A DNA stretch of 64,000 bases, from positions 620,001 to 684,000 of the forward strand of contig RSEE01000014.1 in the NCBI GenBank assembly GCA_003971905.1. The letters run 5' to 3'. The first letter of the stretch is position 1. Each line of letters begins with the position of its first letter. This DNA is from Moniliella sp. 'wahieum'. Taxonomy: Eukaryota. Under the pieces are notes generated by a model. It worked only from the letters and a program-made list of their open reading frames with translations. It made no database searches and was not told the origin of the DNA. Position numbers and translations under genes: made by a program. This document shows positions 11,933 through 23,339 of this stretch, piece by piece.

Positions 11933-13019
11933 TCTCGCTCCCAACTCGGGTTGTTGGCTTCTCATCTCAGTGTCGATGAAAGACGTGCCGAATAGGCTTC
12001 CATCACCACCACACCGTCTTCTCGTGGCGAGGGCGCAATCTGCGTTCCTTCTCGTATTGCTCTGGTACACGAGCTCCCAACCCCTTTCTTGAACCTCGAT
12101 CTGGGGTGGTCATCAGCCCCTTACTCGCCGTGGCCTGTGGAGATCCCATTTGAGCCGATACGGTAACCCCATAACCCCCTACCATACCCTTCCAACTCGG
12201 CTGTTCAGTGCCGAGTCACATCAACTTGGTGGGTTTTTTCTCCCTTTGGCCGTGATGCATGAGATGGCTTTCCTGCACGTGTGCAAACCTTGTCTGAGAG
12301 AGGCTCTGGCCGTACTTGGCTCACGCTTTGTGCGCTCACGCTTTGTGCGCTGGGGCAACAAAGCGGGAGAAAAGCCCAAGACGAGTCTATTTTTTTGGCC
12401 AGCGCTCACTGGCTCTCGTTCTCTCTCTTTGGCCTATCCCTACTTCTCCTCTTCCCTCTTCCGTTCCCCACTTCCTTCCTCACTGCTGCCTTCTTTTTTT
12501 GCTTCTACTTCTCTACCCCGGGTTGGCCTGTGCTGGCCACATCCAATCTGTCTACATATGTTTTGCTCGTGCTCCCCTCTCCCCGCCCGCTGTATGGACC
12601 TGTATCTACCCTCTACCCCCCTCCCTTTCCGTGCCTGTTTTGCCTCTCGCCTTTGCCCCCTCTAAGCTCTCTCCCCCTCTAAGCCCTCTCCCGCCCCGCT
12701 TTTCTGTGCCCCCTAGCGCCTAGCTCCCGCGACCCCCCCACGACCAGATGGCAGTCGTTTTTTGTCGCGCACGAACGCTCGCTCGCCCTCGCTATCGTAC
12801 CAAGTACCCCTGCTTGGTTCATAGCCGTAGACCGCATCCTATAGTTGACCTATTCGCTCGGTCGGTCTCCTCCTGTGGCTCGTATCATTCAAAATGTGTA
12901 TAGCATGTAAGGTTTGGTTGGTAGTTGAGGTCTTGTGCGGTCCAGTGTGTTGTGGGTACCAGGCTCAGATTCTCTCTCCTGCTATCGTCACTCGCAGCAA
13001 CAGACCGACACACCACATT

Positions 13020-14210
13020 AGATAGCGATGATCATCTCGATGATCGATGAGAAGCGTGACGTCACGAGACCCAGGAGGCGAAAGATTGCGTCTGAGTGTC
13101 TCAACGCTCACCAACGTCCAACGTCTCCCTAGCCGAGCGCACCCTTTCACATGGAACTGTGCTCCCGGCTCGGGGTTTTACAAGCGGGGCAAAGGGGACA
13201 AAGGGGGGGGGAGAGGGGGCAGTAGCGTGTGGTTTTGAACCTATGGTGAACCACACCATTGTGCACCACATAATGCATGTAACATGCATACTCCTGAGCC
13301 TCAGGCCTCATGAGGTTAATGATGCCGATGGTGGATTCAGTTTGGCTCCAGGGGACAAGTCGATTGTTCTCCATCTCAGGTACCAATAATGTGGTTCGGC
13401 GTGGCCAACGTCAACGTGATCAAACCCCTGAGCCTCATGCTTCCGGGCGTCAGGGCAGTGTTTCTTGTGTACTGTGAGTACAGGACTAATACAATGCACG
13501 CGACCAGCTGGTGCTTGGCACATTCCATGTACCATGACAGATCCATGAGGTCATGGGATGAGGAGAATGTCTTCGGCTGTTGGGTTGGCTGTTGCATGGT
13601 TGTATAGCTTATCTGACCGGGACGTGTGGGACGTAGAGTACGTTGAACGTTGAACCCGTTGAACGTTGAACAGATTGACAGGCATCGAACATGCGACAAG
13701 AGATGTGTGCTGTAACATGTGGCAGCGTTGTTGACATGTTGACAGGATGCCTGTTGGAACGTTGAACGTTGGTGCACGGTAGCAGGTAGCCGGTAGCTGG
13801 TAGCCGGTAGATGTCGATGATGGCACGCGGCAAGTGACTAGTGACTAGCGTGTGACATGTGATAGACATGTGACACGTACTTGTCAATGGACATGGCTTG
13901 AAGCTTGAGCGCTAGCTTTGAGCGCTGAGCTAAGCTTGAAGTTGGCACGTCCCCCAACAGTAGAAGTGACATGTGACAACTGTGGCAGCTCGCCCTAGCT
14001 AATAGTAAGGTGTGCGTCGTGCCTAGCGTGTGCAAGTGACATGTGATGCATGTGACATGTGACATGCATGACATGCGACTGTGACTTAATGATTGATGAT
14101 CGATGATCAATGATTAATGGCACGTGCTGCTCTGTTGAACACATTCAACTTTGGCATATATGTTGGGCGCATTACGCGTTACGCGTTACCGCGCGTTACC
14201 CGTTAAAGGG
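13020..14210. repeat. Second field of T-N-A + palindrome heptamer arrays
   Basis: acgttgaacgttgaa (13640), gtgactagtgactag (13834), gtgacatgtgatgcatgtgacatgtgac (14036), tgatgatcgatgatcaatga (~14094), ttacgcgttacgcgtta (14172). Confidence 0.8.
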
Positions 14211-14980
14211 CGACGGACCGAGGCTGAGGCTCCCGACAAGCCAGAGGGAGAATCGACACGCACGCGTTCGTGTTCGCCCTCGCGTTGGCGTCATCACTCG
14301 GGTTACTACATGTAGTTTTGGGCTGCGAAAACGATGCGCGCGAAGCTTTTTCCAGCGCGTTCAAGACGCGTAAACGCGTGTGAACGGTGCACGTTGAGAT
14401 CGACGCGTCTAACGATTAGCGCAACGCCCTAAGCGGGTTATTTACATGCATTGCACGTTACAGGTTGCCCGGCCCCTCGAGAGCACGCTCAGTACCTAAT
14501 ATACACAACGGAGAGAGTTTCGCGTGCCTCTGCAGCAGCCGTTCCCTATAGGCTCTATATGACACACAAACAGCACCGAGTATTCCACGGCGTTTTGAGT
14601 TCATGTGAACGTGCGAACTGCATCATGTGAACGTCCACAGAAGAGGTTCCACAGATAGAACGTCTCGGAGTTTTTTTGCAGCTGCTTGTGAACGTATACG
14701 CTGGAACTTTGTGGTATAGCGAGAAGCGTTTCTTCTGTTGTTCCTGCCGTATTCCGATCATTTACAGAGCTTAATAAGGCTTTTGGACAAAGACACCTAT
14801 TCTGCCCCTGGTTTGTCTTCACGTGTCTCAAATGGTATATGCATTCAGCAGAAGGAAACAAAATGAAGGTGGATGGGAGATCTCTAAGAAAGGAGGGGGG
14901 ACATGCGAGGGGTGTTGCATATACTCGCGGGCAACGAGCTTGGCTATCAGCTTAACTTGGGAATCGCACATTTCCCTTTT

Positions 14981-15096
14981 TTTACCTGTACCTTTACCTT
15001 TACCTTTACCTTTACCTTTACCTTTACCTTTACCTTTACCTTTACCTTTACCTTTACCTTTACCTTTACCTTTACCTTTACCTTTACCTTTACCTT
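14981..15096. repeat. (ACCTTT)n hexanucleotide microsatellite, ~19 units
   Basis: uninterrupted tacctt/tttacc run read directly. Confidence 0.97.
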
Positions 15097-16204
15097 GATG
15101 TTTGAAGGCTCTGCACGGGTCTCAAGTTGATCGGTGACACTCGCCTAGCCGGATGGAAGAAGAGATTCCCTCGGAGGCGCGGCGCACTCCCTGGGCTCTC
15201 CCCATCTCCCTCCTTTTTATCCAGTCTTCTTCCCTTCAGACGTTGCTTGAAAACTTGTGGCTCACCACACTTCTTCGCTTTATGCGTTTTGTCTGAAGGC
15301 TACTATGCAATAGGATCCCCGTCAGAGTGCTCCCAAAAGCCGCCAGCACCCGGTGGCACTTTACTCGTTGAAGCTTGAAGGTTGACTCCAAAGCTTATAA
15401 CGAGAAAACGACGAAAGAATTTTTTGGGGGGTGGCGAAGCTGTCCACGAAGGCTGTCAACAAACAGGATACCGGCATTTGGGTACTTAAAATCTGAGACG
15501 AGATGAGATGCACTTCAGAGTTCTTCGTAGTGTAATGTTGGGGAACACACCTTTGTGTCCCTAGTATAATAGGCTAAAGCACATCCTGATAGCGAGGGCT
15601 TTGTCGGGCCCAGCTCGACCTGCACCATTGGATTCGAGGAGTGTCAGAGCCGGAATAGCATGACGAGACCATGCGCAGTGGTAGCGAGGAAGAGCAATAA
15701 ATACAGCTCTCAGACTCACAACGCGCTTGATGCGTGCTCGAAGAGCGCGCTGAGAGGCGAGTGCTGAGTGCGGGCAGCATGAGAAGCTAGAAGATTGAGC
15801 TTGGAAACTGGAAGGCGCTGGTATCACGTGCCCTTGCGCAGGGCGGCATGCTTACGCAATTAGGCAACCCCACTGGGATCATCGGTCATTTGATCAATTG
15901 GATCGATCATCGATACTTTTTGCTCCCGCCGGCACTGGACTGCTCCACCTTTCTGGCCAGCAGCCCATCTTCTGGCCTCCAGCTTCCCGCCTTTGCCATC
16001 CGCTCGTTCGCCATCCACTGCCCCCCCGACGCGTCGTTTCCTTGTGTTCTGTGCTCCCCGCCATCCCAATGCGCATCCCCGCCGCCTGGCGGCCCTGCGT
16101 GCTGCACTCACGCCGCCCCCACCTTCTTCCTCGCCCCCACCTCCCCCTCCTCCCATCCGTCCGCTACGCCCACTCCCCCGATCAGGCCACCCTTGCTGAA
16201 CTCC

Positions 16205-18674
16205 ATGCCGCCAACAAGGCTGCCGCACGCGCCCGTGTCCCCGTTCTGCCCGAGTCGGCGTGGAGCAAGACCCTGATCGATGGTCCTGCTCGCAGCAAGG
16301 GGACCGCCTCTCTCGCTTCATCAGCGAGCCCAGGCAAGCTTTCGACTGAAAGTAAGTACATCTTTTTTTGTGTCCGCCCATACCTTGCTCTTTGACCTGT
16401 GACCTAACGCTTGGATTCACGTCAGCCCTGGAAGACAGGAAACGCAATGCGGCTACCACGAGAGAGTATCCTCCTGTCACGCCCTTGCCGGACGCAGTGG
16501 TCTATGACCAGCCAGCGATTCCCAACCCTGCCCAGACAGCCGAAGCGCACCGCACATTGCGTCGGCGCAGCTTTTTCATTGGCAAGGTGGTTGTGGGAAG
16601 TGTTCTTGTTGGTGGAATTGTGTACCTTCTGCTCCCCAATGCGTACCTCGATGCGCCGGCGGATGGTACTAAGGACCTTGTTCCGGTCGGAGCAGAGACG
16701 AATGATGAGTTGATCGCGCGGTTGACTCAGGCCAACAGTCTGGTCTCGCCCGAAGAGTTGGACCGAATGATTGCGGTCGAATTGCGCAAGCACAGGGCTC
16801 ATCAAGCCCGAGAGCAAGCGACCAGCTCGGTCGAACCTAGCAAAGTGAGCTACGTGTTGCTCAGCATCCAACGTTCCTCTACGATCGCTAAAGCTGTAGT
16901 GGCGAGCATGTGGGATTACCGCAAGACCCTCAATGCTTCCTATGCGGATGAGGAGGCTGAGCGAGCTGCCCTGGGCCGCTGTCACACCCGCAGTGCCAAG
17001 CGTGTGCTACAGGCCCTCCAAGCTAACGGCGGGATTTACATCAAACTTGGCCAGCACGTCAGCGCAACGCTCTTTATCCCCCATGAATGGAGAGATGTGC
17101 GGCCGTTGCAAGACCAAAACAAGCCTACACCCCTGCTCGAGCTCGAGGCCACGTTCCGAGCGGAGACGGGCAAGTCTTTTGAACAAGCCTTTAGCTTCAT
17201 CGACGCCACTCCGATCGGCGTGGCGAGTTTGGCACAGGTCCACCGTGCTGTTGAGCGCGACACGGGACGCGAGGTGGCTATCAAGATGATGCACCCTGAT
17301 GTAGAGCGGTTTTCGGCGATCGACATTGCGACGGTCAATCGTCTTACCGCGTTGGTCAAGCGTACTTTCCCCACATTCGAATTTACTTGGCTTGCCGAGG
17401 AGATGAACCACAACATGCCTCTCGAGATGGACTTTGCTCACGAAACGGGGAATGCGGAGCATGCCCGTCTAGACTTTGCACGGTACAAGTCGACGCCCGT
17501 GTACATTCCTGAGGTGTACTTTGCTAGTAAGCGGGTGATGGTTATGGAGTTCATCCACGGTCGTCGCCCCGACGACCTCGAGTATCTGCGCAAGCATCAT
17601 ATCAATCGCAACGAGGTGTCCCAAGAATTGAGCAAGGCGTTTGCCCAGATGCTCTATATCCATGGCTTTTTTCATGCCGATCCCCATGCGGGGAACGTCC
17701 TGATCCGCGCTATTCCACCCAAGAGTCCCCTCGCTTCCCACACGCGGTCGCCACACAACTTTGAACTGGTGCTGCTCGACCATGGTCTCTATTTCCATAT
17801 CCCACAAGCGCTTCGGGCGGATTATGCACGCTTTTGGCTGTCCCTCCTGTCCCACGGGACCCCATCGGTCCAAACCCAGCGCCGCCAACTGGCCAAGCGC
17901 GTGGCAAATATTGGCGACGACCTCTACCCTATCCTGGAGAGCGCGATCACTGGTCGCAGCGGTCTGGAAGGGAGCGACCCCAACAACCCGCATGGTGTGG
18001 GAGGAAAGCGCCGCCCCACCTCGCTGCTTGACATGGACGGTGGCGCTACGATGACTCGTGCCGAGAAGGCTCACATTCAGAAGACCATGATGGAGCGGGA
18101 AGGGCTATTTGAGGATGTGTTGCGGATGTTGCGAGCGATGCCACGGCAAATGTTAATGGTGCTGAAGCTCAACGACCTTACCCGCGGATTGGACATGTCT
18201 CTCCACACTACCCATGGCCCAATCCGTCCGTTTGTTATCTCTGCTCGCTTCTGTGCCGCGTGCGTATGGGACGACGATTGGCGTACGCTCCAAGCCGAGC
18301 GCAGGAGGGACGGGTGGAGTGTGGGGTGGCTCAAACGCCTAGTAGGGGCATGGTATAGCTATGCCGTACGTACTTCCCTGATTTGTTGTTTGCACTAAAG
18401 AGGAAGGAGTTCAACTGACCACTTAGAACACTGCCAGTACTTCAACTACGGCTTCCATCTACTCGAGTGCTACTCGGACGCCCAAGCGCGCATTGGGATT
18501 GTATCGCTGTATGTGCGCACGATGCTGTTGCATGGGTTTGCGGCGGCGTCCCGTGCGGCGGCTGGGATCGAAGAAGAGGAGGAAGAGCAAAACGCAGAGG
18601 AAACCCAGGCCGAGGCTGAGATGGACAATGCGCTACTGGAGGCTCATGCGTCCTTGCCTACTGCTACTGCCTAG
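16205..18674 (+). CDS. ABC1/UbiB (ADCK1/Mcp2-like) atypical kinase; introns 16351-16425 and 18366-18437
   Basis: NGGIYIKLGQ, PIGVASLAQVHRA, VAIKMMHP, FFHADPHAGNVL and LVLLDHGLY motifs. The spliced last exon reads YFNYGFHLLE...PTATA-stop(18674). Confidence 0.92.
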
Positions 18675-19860
18675 ACTTGATCGGCCCTTTTGCATCTAAT
18701 CTATACGTGCTGTGTTTTTACTCGTGTCGGCCCAGCTATTACCCGGCCGGCTGGACTATCATGCAAGCAGTCCAGTGATCTCCTCCACTTTCCGATAATA
18801 GGGGTCAAAGGAGTGATCACGGCATGGGAGTAAGAATTGAAGGGGAGGCGAGGGCGAAGAGATATACTTGCATGCTGTACTGCCCCTCTTGACGAGCAAG
18901 GATAAGTATGTAGATGTAGAGCATGGTGGGGACGCGGAGTGTATGATTGGCGTCTATAGGGTACACCTCAGGAAAAAGAGTTGGTGGTCGATGCCTTAGT
19001 AAATATGACGGAGAGGGAACTTTGGCTTTATTCTTACTATTGTGGCTTTCCGTCGATGGAGGTACACCACCACTCTTTATGGCACGTACGAAGACTCATC
19101 GAATGAGTCGTTCGGGCCGCACGAGCATCTGCCAGTGTCGTGATACATGGCGCGGTTTGTTGGACAATGAGAGAAGGGGTTGTCGTAGTATCCACCGAAC
19201 TCATATGCACTACCCGGCTGCGGTCCATGAATAGCCAGCGCAACAGTCATGGAATGGGCGGACGCATCCCCCCCACACTTTGTTGACGGCAGCTGGGATG
19301 TAGGCTGGGGGACAGAGGTTTCCACCATCCCCCTTCGCGGCCCACAATCTCAATTCTTCTACCGATACGGATGGCAATCCAACCACCGAAAAGTACAACC
19401 ACTGGCACAGGGGATCAGCTGCACTTTTTTCGGGAAGACATTTGCATGTTACACTCTTCGAATTCATCTGTCCCCTGCCAGGCTCTTGTGACTCTACCGT
19501 TCACCCTGGTTGGAGAGGGTTGGAGTCTGGCAATGCAATCTGGCTCATACACTGGCGGGGGCAGATATGGGGAACTTGCGCTTTGTAACATCGAAGCTTG
19601 ACATGCTTGAAGCTTGACAGCTTTACAAGGGTTAGGTTTGCTTTGAGCAGCAAGCGCAACCGGTAATCAAGTGTAGAGGGCTTTGGTGCTATGGCCACCA
19701 CAACCACAATAACATCAGTGTGCTGCATGAGCACCACATTACAGATGTCGACGCCTATGTGATAGCAGGGGTCACGTCAAAGATCGAGATTGGTACGAGT
19801 TCAGTACTGAGCAAGCAAGAGCTCATCTCAGGACTAGCAGCTTAGTTTAACTACCGTCAA

Positions 19861-21189
19861 TCACAGATCCTCATGAGCCGCTTCCCTTTGCTCGTCAGCC
19901 TTGGCTTCGTCTACTTCGATCTTTTCTTGGTCCGCCGCCGCCTTGAACGACTGAGCCAATTTCTCGTCCACCGTAGCGCGCAGAATATTCAGCTTAGTCG
20001 TGATTTGGTCCAGCTTGGCCCCACCCAACGCGACGTGGGACGAATTGTCGGCAGACTTGGCCAGGATCTTTTCCAAACGAGCGATCTCCTTGGTCACCCA
20101 GCTTTCCGACTGTTTCACCTTGTCCAGCACACGGCCATAGTACTTAGCCGCCGTCGCCTTGGCCTCCCCGCTGCCCACCTCGCCCGACCGAATCTGGGCC
20201 AGGAGCGTGTCAATGTAGTCACGTGCCGAGTCAGCAATCGACACTAGCTCAACTGCGAACCCATCGGCCTTGTTGGTGGCAGCGGTAGGTTATGTTGTTC
20301 AGCATCCGATCCAGTGCAGGCAGGCGACCAGCAAGGTTGGATAGGCCGCCGCCCGGCTGGCGGAACGTGCCAGCATTGGCATTGATGTATGACAGTAGCC
20401 CTTCCTCGGTGCGTTCGCCGTTGAACGCCTGGTAGGTCTTCTCCTTGCCCTCAGCCTGCTCAGCCGAGGTCAAGGCAGGGAAATAAATCAGGGTGGGGTA
20501 GCTCTGAATGTTGAAACGCTCACCCAGGTCGCGGTAGCTACTTGTCCGCATCCACCTGGCTAGCACCACCTCTGCATCGCGCTCAAAGTCCTTCGCTGCT
20601 GCGTCGTAGGCGGGCGCGAGACGCTTGCAGTAGCCACACCAGGGCGCAAAGAACTCGACCAAAACATTCTTGCTCGGGTCCAACGCGACTTGGTCAAACG
20701 TGGCAGGAGTAAGCTCCTGGGCATTGGTGGCGTGCGCCTCGCTCTTCTTAGGAGCTTCAGGCTTGACAGGCGACTTGATCCCAAGCTTCCCTGACACGTA
20801 CGTCGAAAGCGACGACAAATCACGTCCGACCTCGACAGTTTCGGCCTGCTCCTTGGTTGCCGCATCGGCAGGGAACCAGAGCAAGGTGGGGAAGCCTTGG
20901 ATGTCAAACTTGGACATAAGCTTACGGTTGCTGTCGCCGTCGACTTGGGCAATCAGGACTTTGTCTTGGTGCTTGGAAAAGGAATCGGCAAGCTCCGCAT
21001 AGGTGGGGGCCAGGTTTTGCAGTGGCCACACCAGGGAGCAAAGAACTCGACCAGGGCAGGCTTGCCCTGGCCAACAAGCTTGTTGAACTCCTTTTCGCTG
21101 CCGATCAGTACGGCCTCGGCTGTAACAAGCAGTGCGCCGACGACCGCCGACGCGAGCAACAGGAGGATCGATCCCGATAGTCCACGCAT
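19861..21189 (-). CDS. Protein disulfide isomerase of ERp38/TigA type (a-a'-ERp29c architecture)
   Basis: Signal peptide MRGLSGSILLLLASAVVG, two thioredoxin sites VEFFAPWCGHCK and VEFFAPWCGYCK, helical C-terminal domain (KYYGRVLDK...KEIARLEKIL...KLNILR), C-terminal HEDL; several 1-bp shifts. Confidence 0.92.
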
Positions 21190-21558
21190 GGCTGGCTGCC
21201 CCGAGGAGAGTAGGTGGAGGGGAGAGTTGAGAAGGACCCTCGAGCCGATGATGGAAGGCCGCGCAGTCTGGTCTGCTCCCAGCTGTTTGTTGTTGGAGGC
21301 TGGGGGGCTGTCTGGAGCGGGCGGCGCCGCGGCTCCACGTCATGCGATGTTGTATTCCTGCAACATTGCCTCGGGGCAGCAGCAGTGATGCATGACGCGT
21401 GGTGCGTGATAGGTGATGTGTCCATGCATATGTCTGGCTCGTGCGCGCAGCCGCTTACCTCATACGAGCTGGGTCCCAGCGCCATGGCCGCCGGGTGCTC
21501 AGCCACACCCACCGCCTCCACCGCCTCGCCTGACCAACCTCCCTCTTGCCCCACCACC

Positions 21559-22726
21559 ATGTCCGAGCGTGACCCACTGCGTGCTGCCCAGGACCTTATG
21601 CGGCGCCTCCCGCCCCAGCGCACGGCGGCCAACCGCGCTCTGCTGCTGGACAGCCTCCCCGATCTGGCTGAGGACCTGAGCACCCAGCTGGACATGCCTC
21701 TCCAGGTCGCATTGATTCGTCACCCGAGGGAGCCGGCCGTGAATACCTTTGCTGTGACTACAACCGCGAGGGCGACTCTTCCGCTCTCATTGGTCGAACG
21801 CGTACTACCCTCCATTTACCACGGCTGACGGGTACGAGGGCGAGCTGCCTTCGCGCGAGATGCGCGCCCTTGAGATCAAGGCCAACCAAGCATTTGACAC
21901 GTACCGCCAACTGTACGTTTCCAACCCTTTGACTAATGCGCACTTGCATCCCTTTCTTTATACTCACCTGCACCTCCCTGTGTATTCAGCTACTTCGAAG
22001 GTGGCCTGTCTTCGGTATACATGTGGGAGAACCCACCGCTCGGGTTTGCTGGGGTGGTACTACTGCGGAAGGATGTGTCGACTGGCAGTGCGGACCCGAT
22101 CGCCAAGCAGGAAGGCGCGGATGTTGGCGTGCTCCCCTTTCGGGCACGTGGGATTCAATCCACATCTTTACAGTAACTCCCGGGCAGCCGGGGGAAGGCG
22201 TTCCGGTACCACATTGACTCCAACATTATGCTCCGCATGGCCAAGGGCAAAACCGCAGACCCAGATGCTGCTGCTAACCCGGATCTTATTGGGGACGAGA
22301 TTCCTATCCCCCCTGGCTTGGGCCGGGTTTGGCTCGGAGGCAATCTGAGCAAATCGGTGAGTTACCTCTTCCGTTGCGAACAGACCCCGTTCCGGATCCT
22401 AATTTTGTATTTTCGCAGGTGGACGAGGAGCACCAGGCATCCGACCCGGGGGCCCACATTGTTAACTTGGGTCAGATGGTAGAGCGCAAGAGAACTTGAT
22501 TCGTTCACAAGTCCAAGTATGTGAAGTTGACCCATGGCAGAGCTAGAGAGTGGCTGAGTACTGATCCCCCTTGGTTTTGGCGTGAAAGGACATTTACTTT
22601 GGCAAGACTCGCGACGTCGTGGGCAAACTGCGTAGCCAAACTAATCTTCAAGAGGCTCGGGCTCAGGATGAAGTACGGAGGGAGCTAATGGCGCGTGTGC
22701 TGCTCCGCAAGCCAGCACAGGCTTGA
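21559..22726 (+). CDS. CAP2: F-actin capping protein beta subunit; introns 21913-21989, 22357-22418, 22517-22588
   Basis: [66 protein letters not shown] and DIYFGKTRDVVGKLRS across frames. Confidence 0.93.
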
Positions 22727-23339
22727 ACCATGAAGGACCAGAATTGTGTGTCTTATCAAGCTTGCTTCAATGGCAAACCAGCTGGCAGACCAACTATGAC
22801 GTAAGGTCCAACAACCTTCAGGTTCTCGAATGTGAAGCTCGTGCCCGCTCATATGGTTTCTGTGGAGGCAGATTGCAGCTTCTTGATGTCGGTGAAGGAG
22901 AGGGAGGGCAGCGCGCACGGAACTGTTGGCTTGGCGGACTGTCAGGATGGTCAACGATGCCGGATGGAATTGACTGTCTCGTGGCATGAGGGGGTTGGTT
23001 GTGTGTGAGCTCGGCGAAGAGAGGTCCTCTTCTCGGTTGGCGAGTGCGCAATGGGGCCAGAGTGAGGGCTAGAGGGTCAGTCTGGTTGGACCACGGGCGC
23101 TGGCGTAGCCAGAGGCGTGGGGTCCGCGTATCTATCAGAACAGTTGCTTACGTTACAGGATCCGCACAGCTTCAGCACTGCAGGTGAAACCGGTGACATT
23201 GCAACAAACCCACCCTGGCACAGGGCCATGTGGATGGCCACGTCGATCGTAGCCGGCATCCCTATTGCTCTTCCTCCATCGCACCCTCTTTTTCGCTTGC
23301 CTTCCCTCCCCCCCCTCACGCCCGCCCTCTGTACCGCCC

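Noticed and set aside
9415..12070. Long antisense ORFs over the C2H2 gene and other GC-rich genes
   Set aside because: Expected stop-poor shadow frames in high-GC coding DNA; no domain signatures
14823..15130. ORFs encoding (LP)n or (FT)n
   Set aside because: Translations of the ACCTTT microsatellite
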